DNA from: Marsupella aquatica
Taxonomy: Eukaryota; Plantae; Marchantiophyta
Reading direction: 5' to 3'
Length of the DNA: 64,000 nt
Assembly: GCA_973895155.1 (NCBI GenBank)
Contig: OZ316891.1
Coordinates: 18,213,802-18,277,801 of the forward strand
Shown piece after piece: positions 38,866 through 51,999 of this stretch. The notes under the pieces were generated by a model. That model did no database searches, was not told the origin of the DNA, and saw only the letters and a program-made list of their open reading frames with translations. How positions within the stretch are numbered: position 1 is the first letter of the stretch; each line of letters begins with the position of its first letter. The position numbers were made by a program, and so were the translations under genes.

Positions 38866-41800
38866 ATGGCGTCGACGACTATAGCTGCCGTCCGAGGGAA
38901 TTTCGGACTGGCGCGAATTGCTGAGGGACGAGCCTATGAAAGGAATGTGGCCAGAGGATGCGAACAAATGCAACGCCGGAGTTCACTTCCGAGAAGTTCG
39001 CAACTATCGGCTTCCAATTTTTATATCCAGGTGGTGAGCACTCGGTCTAGATGCACTCCAGTTGTTTGGAAAACATATGCAATATGACACTGGGCGTTGG
39101 GCTTGAAGACTGCACTTTATGTACGGGGGAAGTGTGCAGATCGACCTCCGTGCACGGTCAGCTGAAGCTCATATTTTTTTCGTCATTACACAGGGGGACC
39201 ATTCCAAATTATGTCAGCTGCATTACGGAAGGAAAGGACAACCGAGAGGTGCGAGCAGAATAGAGATGACTTTGATCGAGGAGAGGCCCGCAGTTGCTGG
39301 ATCATCTCCAAGCAAAACTATGACCAAATCATTGGTATTGTCTGCTGCCTCGCTTCTTCTTGGCTGGCTGATAGTTTTAATGTATGTCACCTGAAAAGAG
39401 AAACAGAGCATGAAAGCCCAACCAAGACGCAAATGATAATGTTCCAGAAAATAAGAACCAAATAATATTTATGAGTATGTGTGAACATCTTGGCTGTCTT
39501 TTCCCCACCTTTTCTCGTTCCAAGTTGTTTTCTTTCTACAAGTAGGTGGGCGATTCGACAGACTACTCTCACATGCCTATATATGCAATCTGCGGTCTTA
39601 GGTCTCCTGTGAAAATGCCGAAGCTTCACCTCTTTTGGGATCGAATGTGTCTCTTACTCTAATTGGCGTTGTTGTCTCGCAGGCCTACGAATTGGTCCAA
39701 GGTCCTCTGGTAAGGAGGGATTGCCTCAGAATACCCCAATAAACCTTCCCGTCCCGTGTGGCTAGTATTTGAAGTTCTCGTTCGTCATCCAGTCGTATTT
39801 GAAGACTAAGAGGTTCTTAGATTGATCATCCCTAATGTGTTCCATCAAAGCTGAATCTAGTATTTTGGTTGAGTGTAATAATCTCTAAGAACCTGGCCAG
39901 CTATCTTAAGTGTCTGGTGAATTGTGAATGACCAATCAGGCTAGGTGGACTGAGGCCGGGGGCAAGTCAAATCCTGAAACACCAACTGCTGTTTTGGTGC
40001 ACGGCGTCTTGGGGGCCCGCAAAAATTGGGGTAATCTAGCTTTCTTCTAGCCTTTCTCCTGTGTGCGGTCATGAATCTTCAGGATTTCTTGTTCTTGTAG
40101 CCGATAATAGCTGGGCATCTGTTCAGTTAGGTTCGCAATTCCCATTTAACTCCTCGTTTATGGTTACTTTTCTGCTTCTTCTTTCTTCTAATTACTGAAA
40201 GAACTGTCGACGAATACAGGCACTTTTGCTCGGAGGCTTGCACAGGCGTTTCCGAGCTGGCAGGTACATCACAGTGCTAAATTGTCTGAATGTTGAAAGG
40301 CATCCAGTTCTTGACAAATCCAAAATTGTGAGATTTAGGACATTTCTGGTATGGTGTGTAACGCATTTTCTAATACGATCCGACTGCAGGTCGTGGAAAG
40401 TAGTTTCTGTCAACTTTTGATGATCACAACTGTTCTATAAGTTTCTACATCGATTTACCTGAGAGGACGATCGGTACCTCATTCGCTAACGATCATTTAT
40501 TTTGCCTGAACAGTTTTTGTTAGTTGACCTGCGTTGTCATGGAGATTCAACGCTCATCGCAAAACGGGGACCACACACCGTCGCATCTGCAGCTCGTGAT
40601 GTCTTACAATTGGTACTATTATCCCTTCTGTATCTTACATGTGTGGGATAGTCATGTTGAAGAAACTGGGCTGAAAACGTATCGTGTTCAGAGTGGGTTT
40701 GGAGTTGCAGGTACTATAATGGGCATATGTTCCAATCAATGCACCCTGATTGCTCAAACTTGATCAACCTTGTGCATGTATCCCACTCTAAATCTAGTTC
40801 CTCTTGTGTATTGAGAACAGGTGGGACAGCTAAAATTGACTCCTCGACTGCTCATTGGCCACAGTTTTGGTGGAAAAGGTGCGATCAAAAGGATAAATTT
40901 TGTGTTCTTTCGAAACTCAATGATAGGTCTGTGTGTCCTGCAATCTGTTTCCTTCTTTCAACGAAGGTGTAGCTGTTACTTCATGCTAGTGAAAGGTATG
41001 ACCTTCACCCCTTCGTCGAAAATGAACTCGTGCTATGAATTTTGCATATTATTAAGACTGTCGTTGTCTTTGATGCATCCACAGTCGTAATGAGCATGGC
41101 CGACCAAGCTACAAAGCCTCTTGCTCGACCTGTACGGGTAAGAAGGCCGCCTCCACCGTTATTTGTCACTTTTGTTTTCTCGTTTGAGAAATAGTATCTT
41201 CTCCCAAACTTTATGGTGGAAAGTGGGTACCTTGTATGCATTAATATTGAGTAGGTCAGGAACCCAGCCAGAGTGACATGACCATAATTTCTTTGAATTG
41301 GGATATCTAATGGGGATCATTCTTGCTGCAGGTTTGGGTGCTTGATGCAACTCCAGGGAAAGTCTATGCTGGAGGAGATGGTGAAGATCATCCTGAAGAC
41401 CTTATTGCAGCTCTGAAAGAAATGCCAGCTGTGGTGAACCCTAAACCTTAAATCGCCCAACAAAATGTGATTGATGTGGATACTTAGATTTGGCGTTATA
41501 GAGGTACATTTGTTGGGTTCAATTTGATATACTTGAATGATCAATTTTGTTCAGTTGGGATACCACTTCTGTCCTTCAGACCCTCAGATGTATCTTGATC
41601 CATGTGGCAGGTGCCCTCGAGGAGAACAGTCATACATACCTTATCACGCAAAGGCTTTTCAGCTGGAATTGCCCAGGTACATTGGATGGACCTTCATCTA
41701 TCTTTCTTGTTTCTGCCATTGCTCAAAAATAATTCTCCCATCTCTAGAGCGCCCTGTGCTGGAATCACATTGTGGATTATTCTACCATTGAACTGGTTGG

Positions 41801-42813
41801 GCCCAATAAATCTGAAAGTGACAAGTGTATCAGAAGTTTATGAAGGTTCTTTTGGGCGATTTAAAAGGGCAGAGGAATGAGGAGCCCATTCTATTCGAGA
41901 AAACCTTGACAGGATGAAAGAGTTTAGACGGTGTTCAGTGATTTTTGTAAGATAATTGGAGAGAAACTGAGAAAGCAATTGACTAATTTCATTGACGCGC
42001 ACCTCCCCAGTGGATGACGACGAACCTGCGCCCTATTGAAGACTCCAGTGAATTAACTTGGGTGTTTGACATCAACGGAGTTGCTGAAATGTATCGTTCA
42101 TATGAAGAGACGAACCTTTGGTAGGTAGCTAGCAGTCCACTGATCAACAGTTCAAGGTGATAAATAGGACAGTACTTCCTGATGAGGTCTTCTTACGAAA
42201 ATAGTTCTCACCATAATATTGAAAGTAGCAATCATTGGATGCGTTTCTAAGAAAATTAGCTCAATCTGTGTCGTGTGTTTTAGTTCAGTATGGTTTCGTG
42301 TGTGAATTGAACTGCATGTCCATTTTTAATATTTTCTGCAGTAAATTTCAGCACTGAGGGACATTGATGTGTTATCTATTGCAGGCCGCTAGTGGAGGGG
42401 GTTCCAGAGGGAGTCCACATCGACTTTCTAAGAGCTGAGAGAAGTTTGCATAGATGGCAACGTGATGATGTAGAGCGAATTCGTACGGCAGAGAGAATAG
42501 CATCCAGAGAAGGTGCAGGAGTCCAAATGCATGTGCTAGAAGATGCTGGTCATTGGGTGAGTTCCAAATTGTGTTACACCTTTGTCGTGACGAAAACCTA
42601 GTTTCATCTATTCTTCAATTGTACGAGATAGAGTGAGGTTATTCTTTCTTTCGTGGTCAAGACAGGATGGTTTTCTCTATCGAAGGACGACAGATATGGC
42701 CGTGGTAAACATGTCTTGTTGGTGCTGTGCAGGTACATACGGATAATCCAGATGGTCTGTTCCGAATATTATCCTCTTCGTTTGCGATGCCAAGGCTTTC
42801 GGGCTTAGTGTAG
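38866..42813 (+). CDS. Alpha/beta-hydrolase ABHD11-like, 13 exons, with N-terminal extension (possible organellar targeting)
   Basis: Exons 38866-39033, 39140-39334, 39683-39709, 39940-40030, 40220-40263, 40514-40612, 40821-40878, 41085-41137, 41332-41433, 41611-41676, 42011-42120, 42385-42556 and 42733-42813. Motifs VHGVLGARKNWG, VDLRCHGDS, nucleophile GHSFGGKV, WVLDATPG, and catalytic His in DAGHWVHTDNP. The first two exons are less certain. Confidence 0.9.
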
Positions 42814-44632
42814 TCTCAAGTTTAGGGGTCAAGAGGTTCCCTTAGTCTAGATTATTTTTGTGCTTCATTCATTTCAATTGATATTTAAGTGGCGGTAATT
42901 AAAGCTAGCTTTTCTCCACTGTCTGTATTATGGGATCCAGAATAGGACTGCCAAGGCTGTGCCTACTATAAATTATAGATGGAACGTGGCATCCACATTT
43001 TCCTCATCACTGCACCAATTACTCTTGGAGGCTCATTTCCCCCAACATCTGGCTTGCAGAGGAAGGAATGTTACAAATTGATTTAGACAACAAATTGGTT
43101 GCCAGTAAGACCTTTTGTTGTTGCTCTTTTCGTTTGGATTCTAAATTTCGTCTATGGGTGTGGACTATTCGTATACACAAGCTCATCTAGAATTGATCAA
43201 CAATCTTTGGCGTCAGGTTATGGTTTCATTTCACCACTGCAATGGTAAAATGCTTTGAAGAGCCTTTCCTAGGTGGGTGCCTTTGGAAGGTACATCTCTC
43301 ACACCTGGCCTTGGCAGCAAAGTGATACAGGGTTGAGATCAATAAGCTTGAACCCCATGTTCTGAAAAACTGAATGAACGGTTGGACTCTCCATGGAATC
43401 CTGCTACTTTTGTTGGCTCATACTTCTGAACCCACCCTCCTCAGTAGGAGACTCGGAAAGTATTTATTTTAGGAATTCGAGAAGCACATGTTCACTACGA
43501 TCTAACACATCCCGGAGCAGAGTGAGGCTCCAGACATAGCAAACTTCCGCCCGTCTGATCATCTGCAGGGCATGAAAGTGAAATGCTCAGACACAGCGCC
43601 TGCGGCTCTGCGTTGGCAGGCCGACCTATTACCAAGTCCAGGAGAATGATCGGTTGCAGGGAGGGCAGTACCGTGGCCTGCGTGGGCAGAAGAGTGAGTC
43701 GTATCTGGGATTTGGTGAGTAAGATGCTCCCAAGATTAACAGACTAGGGCCTCTCTTCCAAGGCTGTCATGCAGCTTCTCGAAAATTCCCATAGGTTTTT
43801 GCTAGCAGAGCAGAGAAGAATTGAAACTAAAGGAGTAAAGAAAGTTCTCAGTAGAAGTGCTCAAGTTCCCGAAAGGAGGTGGTATTCGTCAAATCGAGCT
43901 TATAACTTCGAGTAAGGTCCAGCTGTCGTACCTGTGGACGTATAGCCTTTGAAAATAGTGGAAGGAATTGGAGAAGATCAATACGGAGAAGTAACAGTCT
44001 GCAAAGCATGGCTTCTCCAAAGCAGAGGCCTTGGAAGCGCCAACAAAGAGATTTGAATGAGAGAGCACTATTTCCAATTTGTTTCGAGGAATATGACACT
44101 AAGGTTTCCGAAGTATCCAATGCACCCTGTTCAGCTTCGAATCGAACCTCTCCTCGATCAAAACGATTCGGAATTGAGATAGGAAAGTATTGTTGCTGTC
44201 AGTAACCTTAACGTGGAGATACGAACTGAAAAGAGACCAAAGCCTTATCATTGCTGTCCCTGAATGGAAGGTGGACATACCAACGGAGAATACTCTGTAG
44301 TCTGAGGTAGTAGAAGGTAAGACTAGAATCCAATTCTGGAAGAACCTGAAGAGACAGGATATCTCGACACTAAGATGGACTTTAAGAACAACGGATCTAC
44401 GAAGCGTGTGGTGAAAGTGGTAGTGCCAACGCTCAAGGAACCTGTCGATGAAGGGCAAGCGAGTGTTAATAATAAGATTTTGATGTCCCAAAGTTCATCT
44501 GTCATAAACTCTTGGTCTAGAGACCGATTCGACTTAGAGAAGGTGACCCCTCATCTCTTGTGTGGATTGGATTCAATTTTGGGCAAAAACATTTCAGTTC
44601 TACAACATTCAGAGACTTAGGATGCCCTCTTA

Positions 44633-45947
44633 GGCCCGTTAAGTCGCCTAGCCCGCATTGACTTCAGCGAAGGGGGGGACCACCAACTCGTTTTTCAATG
44701 CCCCCAGTTGCCTGTCACCGCTAATTTGCCAGAGTTTTGAGGGCCCTCCGGCAGAAATGGATGAATCTGGTGGGCGCCAAACTCCTCCGCCACTACACAC
44801 AATCTAGGATTCACGGCAGATGTCCAATCACCTGGGACGATATGCTTCAACTTTCATTTGTATTCTCACCGAAAGTGGTACGAAAGCAGCAGAAGTGTCC
44901 GAGGTGCACAGTGCTTTCTGGAGCTCCGCGTGCCATCGCTGCTTCGTGTGCTTGTCCTGTAATTCTTTCCTCGTGGACCTGCAGCATGGCGGAATCAGGA
45001 AAATCTCGAGGGCGGAATTTTTCTAAATGCTGAGCTGAAGCAACTATGCATCTCTTGGATGCGCATCTCGCAGGATCCATTTGTTGGTGCAGGGCAAACA
45101 AATTTGGCATTTTGGGAACGTGTGGCTCGGCACTACAACTCACATCTACCCCGAAGAACACAAGAGACCCTGGTAATCACACATCAAAATGTGGCTCCAT
45201 CTACCCCAAAGAACACAAGAGACCCTGTTGGTAATCACAGATCAAAATGTGGCCCCCAAAGAACACAAGAGACCCTGTAGGTAATCACAGATCAAAATGT
45301 GGCTGCATTCATTGAAAAAAACTAGGGTTATCACTGTATGCAGAGGTGTCGTACATAGTATATGTCATATTTTGATATGCAGTTACCGAGACCCCACAAG
45401 AGAGAGGGGTAAAGATCGCTGGAGAAATGGATGCATATCTCGCAGGATCCAATTGTTGGTGCAGCGCAGACAAAGTTGGCATTTTGGGAACATGTGGCTC
45501 GGCACTACACTCACATCGAACAACACAAGAGAGAGGTGTAAAGATCACTGGAGAGCAACTGGGACAACTTGGATCATGATATGGCAAAATTTGCTGGCGC
45601 ATATGCTAAAGTACAATACCTGCGCATGTTTACAGGGAGTTGTGTGATATAATGTTCTCCCAAACTAGAGATCCTGCTTGAGTTTTGAGGGGCAACTCTA
45701 TGGTAATAGGGCGTGTCAAAGTTATCCCATAAAGCACAGTTGGCTCTGCATGCTTGGAAGCAAAATGCGATATACTGTCCCCCAAAACTAGAGATCCTGC
45801 TTGAGTTTCGAGGGGCAACTCTATGGTAATAGGGCTTGTCAAATTATCCCATAAGCAGAGTTGGCTCCCCTAGTGATTTTCTCTTGGCCATAAAAGCAGT
45901 TTTTGTCCTGAGTTGTAAGTGAGTTATAGCCCTGATTTCACGCGCCC
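44633..45947 (+). mobile_element. PIF/Harbinger-derived element relic carrying a frameshifted, internally duplicated Myb/SANT-like ORF
   Basis: From ATG 44986: MAESGKSRGRNF, a 1-nt frameshift, then LNAELKQLCISWMRISQDPFVGAGQTNLAFWERVARHYN. A second copy at about 45425-45640 reads WMHISQDPIVGAAQTKLAFWEHVARHY...SLESNWDNLDHDMAKFAGAYAKV, typical of the Harbinger Myb (GSTT3-like) protein. Tentative ends TTA|ggcccgttaagtc and gatttcacgcgccc|TAA. Confidence 0.7.
45647..45868. repeat. ~123-bp tandem duplication
   Basis: aaactagagatcctgcttgagttt.gaggggcaactctatggtaatagggc.tgtcaaa.ttatcccataa twice. Confidence 0.85.
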
Positions 45948-48782
45948 TAATAGTATCATAATACACCTAAAAGTCTAAGAGATTTTTGTTTGTGTAAGAG
46001 AGTAAAAAAGAATGTTGGTAATGAGCTGATGAGAGAACTAGCTAAGGGCAATAAGTATACAGATAGGGACTAGTATTGTTTTTTTATGAGGTTTGTGCAT
46101 TCTTCTCCAATATTGCTTCAAAAAATAGAAAGAGATAACTAGCTAAGGGCAATAACTATCCCTAAATAAATTATTTTGAGGACCACCTGGTTATCTTAGT
46201 TTGATGTTATTCAAAAACTAAGTTAGAGGACATGAAAAATTGCATACTGGAATAACTTTGAATAGGGAGATAGGGGAAAAAAGAGTAGATTTTTCATGGT
46301 AGTAGTCCATGCACAACATTCCCTTGGTACTCCTATGTCCATAGAGGCCATAGGAGTCCTATTTTGGAGGTATGGTTTCCCAGTTGTGACCCCTATCCCT
46401 AAATAAATGACAATCAACCTCCATTTTCATAGCCCTTGACCTCCATATCTTGTAGAAATGGCAGCCAGGAGAGAGACCTCTATTAGTGACCTCTATTCTC
46501 ATCTACCTTAGAGATTCCACCACATGTCACAAGATCCTAAATATGCTTGAAAGTTTGAACCTAGGCTTAACAACACATCATTTTAGGGGGATAAAGTCAG
46601 AGAGAAAGAGGAATACTTGTGAATGAATTCATTATCAGGGCTTTTCTACTTTCTAGGCCTCCACATGATGGGCTACATTTTGAGTTTAAATATCATTGGA
46701 CCCTGTGATTGAATTCAATATGAGGGCTTTTCAGTTTCTAGGTCTCCAAATGACAGGTTACATTTTGAGTTGTAAGACCATAGACCTTTGAACTTCTAGA
46801 GATGCTCTAATTAGCACCAAAAAGCTAAGAATCACCCTACCCACCTTAGCTTAAAGTGCCACTATCCATGACAAAACCTGGATCCACCAGGTTTCATCAT
46901 TTTTAGTACCATTTTTCTGAAATTGTGTAACAAAGTTTCACCCTAAAGGAGAGAAATGTGAAAAAGTGAGAAGTTTTGGACACTTCTTCATTTTATATGG
47001 ACATCCATTTTATATGGACAGTGGTGGTTTAAAAATCCTAAACTATAATACAAGGTTGCGCCTTTTTATGAAGTGGTCGTCATTCAAATTTGCAGTGTCC
47101 AAAAAACATTAATCATGTCAAAGAGAAAAACTAGTATGTGGGTCCAACTCAATTTTTTTAACACATTGGTAATATTGTATTTGTTTGTTTTACTAATTCT
47201 CTTTCCTGGTCTTTCCTGGTTATCAAGTTTGCCAAAACTCTATGATGTGCCCAAATACAGTGCCAAGAATTTGGAAGGAGCTTTTAGCGTGCTACATAAT
47301 GTTGTCATCCTTTGTTTGTCTCCACCTCTCTCATGTTCTTTTCACTTCTCTAACATTGCAACTCCTCACTGTAGCAATCACCTTGCTTGTTCGAGTGACA
47401 AATTATTCATCACAAGGGTGAGCAACAAACTATCTTGGAGGCAAGGAGCTAGGCAATCACCTGCACTTCATTGTCTTGCAATGTTTTTGTGCAATGGATA
47501 ATTATGCATTGGACTTGTCTATAAAATTATAAGATGTTTTTAAAAGTATTTGAAGTTTGCATAATAAAAGTTTACATCACTAACAAACAAATTCATAAAC
47601 TCAAAAACTATTTATAGCATTGGTTTTTTAATTGTTTTGTGGGGAGACAAGTATACTTTTTGTTTGGAAAGTGTAATTTATTCATCATGATTTGTTTAGT
47701 AATGACAAAAACAAAATTCTCATCAATTTTAATGGCAAATGGAAACAAAGAAAAAACCCATAAGTGTAGAATCATAATGATCATGTTGGGAAGAGAGTAA
47801 CTTTATACACAGGCACCTTCATGAGAGAAGAAACATACTAACTTCATTTCTATTTTTTAAATGTATGTTTTACTAATCAATAGAAAGTCATAGCCTTATT
47901 TTTGTAGAGATTTTATAATAATAGAATAGTTTAATGTTTTGAGAATTGAATATGCTAGTGAGTTTTGACATTATGCTTATGACTTTTTTGGTATGTATTC
48001 AAGGAATATGTTTGAATAAGGCCTAGGGGAGCTACACTCAAGTGACATACAAGATATTTTTTTAAGATTTCTCATGGTGACTACCATCAAGGTAAATGTT
48101 TATATCAGTGCATGTTTTTTATGACTAGAACTTGTGTTTATTTGTTATTTGTGAAGTGACTTGATATTTTGTCCATTCAATTGACATGAGCAATTTTGTG
48201 TGAGTTTGTAGACAAATTTTGGCATCACTAAGAAACAACCCCAAGCTATCATCTAAGCTTGAAATAGAGGTTTGTTTCTCTCTTTATTCCTTGTTGAATA
48301 AATGTGATTGTTAAAGTTGTTCACTCATAAAGCTAAATCAAGCATGGAATCTATCTATACTTTAAAATCCAATTTTCACTTATGTAATATTGATCATAAT
48401 AGAGTTTATTTTCAAATAAATTATCAGATTAGCTAAAAATTTGTAGCATTATCATATATGGATGTGCAAATATTAGTATATTAATTATTTGCCACAACAC
48501 TGAGAGCTTTTATTTGAATCAACACAATAGATTTATGCAATCTTAACAAAACTATAAGTAATTGTAATTTGCAATTTATTTGTAGAAAGCAATGCTCTTG
48601 GTAGGTAGATGAGTCTTTTGTAATCTTGTTTCATATTATTATGGTTATCTTAGGGTATTACATATTAAGAAAGTGAAATTTGCCCTTTGTTGGATTCCAA
48701 AAAGCTCTTTGTACCTAAAATTATTCACTTTTAGTTTATTATCAATCGGGTACTATAATTATAAGGTCCATATCATATGATT

Positions 48783-49490
48783 CAAGTTAAGGCAATAAAC
48801 TATAGTACACACATATGCAGAGGTCGGTGTAATTTTTGACCCTAATTGTAACTTTAAAATCAATATAAGATTACAAGTTCAGGCATTCTGGTACACACAT
48901 CTGCAAGGGTCGGTGTATTGTTTGACCCCAGTTGTAACTTCAAAATAAATATAAAGTTACAAGTTAAGGCATCCTGGTACACATATCTGCAAGGATCAGT
49001 GTACTGTTTGACCCCAACTGTAACTTATAAAATCAATATAAGGTTACAAGTTAAGGCATTCTGATACACACATTCGCAAGGGTCGGTGTATTGTTTGACC
49101 CCATTTGTAACTTCAAAATCAATATAAAGTTACAAGTTAAGGCATTCTGGTACACACATCTACAAGGGTTGGTGTACTGTTTGACCCCAGTTGTAACTTA
49201 TAAAATTTATGAGTATAAGGTAACTACAAGTTAAGACATTATGGTACACACATCTACAAGGGTTAGTGTACTGCTTGACCCTAGTTGTAAATTCAAAATC
49301 AAAATTAGGTTATCCGGGAAGGTTACAAGTCAAGGCATTTTGGTACACACATCTACAAGGGTCTGTCAACTTAGGGTTTGATCCCATTTGTAACTTCAAA
49401 ATCAATAAGGTCATAAGTTAAAGCAATTGGTACACATATATTCAAGGGTTTGAGTATTGTTTGTCAAGTTGTAACTTAAAAACAAGGTTA
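48783..49490. repeat. ~86-bp tandem array, 8 units, each with two internal inverted repeats
   Basis: Consensus aggcattctggtacacacatctgcaagggtcggtgtattgtttgaccccagttgtaacttcaaaatcaatataaagttacaagtta; unit starts near 48790, 48881, 48967, 49054, 49140, 49233, 49333 and 49421. Confidence 0.9.
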
Positions 49491-49974
49491 TAATACTCTA
49501 GAGTTTACATTCCAAAAATATAACATTCAATACCACTTCAAAACAATATTTTCATAACTAGACCCTTCCACATGTTAACATTGTAATAATCCTTGCATTA
49601 AACTTCAATGTAAGTTGCCCATGACCAAACCCTTGCTTATTCACCCCACCTTTCTCATGATTTTTCACCCCTATTTTTATTTCTAATATTCTTTCCCATT
49701 TTACTTGTATGGCATCAAGAGGTTGAGAGAATGCTTTATATGTTGCTTACCAAGCTTTTTTATTTTATTTTATTGCAATTAAATTGCCCTTTAAAATATA
49801 CCTAATACCCAAGCTGGAGATTTCTCAAATATTGATTTTTTTCAAAGCTGACCTACTCCCCAAGTTCTTCTTATTCCTTAGGCACCATAAACGTCATAAT
49901 CTAGTTATGTCAACATCCAAGCATGGATAGGTTTAGTTTAATAGAGTTGTTTGTGTCGAGAAGTGACATTACTC

Positions 49975-50220
49975 TTCACACGAGGTTTCACACACAAAAG
50001 CAACATAGATCATTGGATTCAAAACATCTAATGGTGTAAAAGTTCTTTTTGAGCTAAGAGACCACACGCGTATTCACACACAAAATGAATCTGGATGGTT
50101 GGATTCATAACATCTAATGGGTAGGAAAGCTCATTTTCAGTTGAGAGGCCACACGAGCCTTCACACGAGTCTTCACACACAAAATGGATGTAGATGGTTG
50201 CATTCAAACCATCTAATGGC
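49975..50220. repeat. ~85-100-bp degenerate repeat, 3 copies
   Basis: cacacg.g..ttcacacacaaaa....gatggttggattca.aacatctaatgg recurs three times. Confidence 0.7.
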
Positions 50221-50867
50221 TGGATATTTACAAGGTGATGTGGAATTTTGACAGAATTTTCAGATTTACAGAAGTCTCTAACTGGACCCGTAAAAAGTTA
50301 TATTAAATTTAGTGTGCACCAGAAACATAATAAATACATTTCAAACAAACGGGGAATCAAATGGGGACACAAAAGTAGGAAGCCAATGTTAGAACCAATT
50401 TGGCACACAAAACAAGAGAGTGAATGTACATGCATGAGTATCAAGGAGGTGTACACATGAAATACAAAAGTATATAATATATATGATATTATATATTATT
50501 GCAAGTATTATAATATTATAAAATATAATAATGATAGTAATTTAATTAAAATAGGTGAATTAAAAATAGATTAGATTACAACGACCATATCAAAAGCTAT
50601 AATAAAATGTTACTTTTTTTTATTATAGTAGTCATTCAAATTTGCAATATCCCAAAAATGAAAAACATGAAAGAATGATTTCTTTTGTGAATGAAAATGG
50701 AGAGCAATGTTTCCAAGAAAAAGTTAATTTAATAGTACAAAGAAAATAAGGAGGGTCTCTAGCAATGCAAGAGTATCAAGGAGACATCCCTTTACCATGT
50801 ACCACTGACTACAATCTGATCGGGTCCCTTTACAAACTAAAAAAATGTGACAATCAATCTTGAATGT

Positions 50868-51990
50868 TCATCAAAACATAATTTTTTATACACTTTAACA
50901 TCCATCCATACACCCCTTCTAAAAATAAGTTCCTGCCCAAGTTACCCTTTAACCTTCCCATCCCTGCCACAATTGAAAACATTAATCAAATTTTAATTAA
51001 ATTTATTAATATATAAATAATTATAATTTTTTTGAAATAATTTCAAATATAAATAAAATATAGATAAAATATTTTCTCATTTTGACATCTTTTTTCATAT
51101 TAAGATCTTCTCACCTCAAGATCTTTGCTCATCTTGACATATTTTTCTCACCTTGAGATCTTTTCTCACCTCAACATATATATTAGATTTGTCCCATTTT
51201 GCCATATTTTTCTCACCTGGTCATCTTTATCTCACCACAACATCTTTTTTCACCCTCAACATTTTTCCTCATATTGACATCTTTTTCTCATCTCACCATC
51301 TTTTCTCTGCTTGACTTATTTTTCTCACCTCTGAATGTTTTTCTCTAATATGACATCTTTTTCTCACCTTCCTATATTTTCTTTCCTTGACATATTTTTC
51401 TCAGCTTTTCTCTTATCGACATCTTTTCTCACCTTGATATATTTTCTCACCTCAACATGCATCATTTGTGCAATGCACAGGTATCAGCACAGGTATCAGG
51501 CCCGATATGTATTTAACAACATCTTTTTACTTCATGACATTTTTCACATAAGAACATCATTCTTGGGAAACACAACATATAATTCTCTTAAGAGCATTTT
51601 GGGTGCCACAACACTTTCCTCTTAGTGACATCTTGGGGGACACTATATCTTAGGCGCCACAACATCTATTTTCTTAACAATATCTTGGGCGCCATGATAT
51701 CCTTATTTTAATGATATTTTGGGCAAAACAACATTTTTTTAGCGACATCTTTTGTGCAATGCATGGGTAATTTCCCTCATCTTGGTCGACACGACATCTT
51801 TTTTTCAATGACATCTTGGCCGACATGAAAACATTTTTTTCAACGACCTCTTGGCCAACATGACATCTTTTTTCTCAATGACTTTTTCTCTCAACCACCT
51901 CTTGGCCGACACGACATTTTTTCTCTCCACGACATTTTTTTTTCTCAACGACATCTTGGCTGACACGACTTCTTTTGTGCAACGCACAGG
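50868..51990 (-). mobile_element. Dispersed repeat family B, copy 2 (long array of ttctcaccttgacatctttt-type units), inverted relative to 22140-22745
   Basis: ttcatcaaaac...catccatacacccc...ctgcccaagttaccctttaacc matches the reverse complement of 22660-22745. It is followed by many ~19-21-bp gacatcttttttctcacc / gacatcttggccgacac units. Confidence 0.7.
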
Positions 51991-51999
51991 TATTGAGCT

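Noticed and set aside
42178-42205. Hammerhead ribozyme-like CTGATGA...GAAA (also CTGATGA plus a stem at about 32788)
   Set aside because: Stem II does not pair at 42178, and the 32788 site lacks the following GAAA; no stems I or III were found.
48783-49490. CRISPR-like array
   Set aside because: Units are homologous over their full length, with no unique spacers and no cas genes; the context is eukaryotic.
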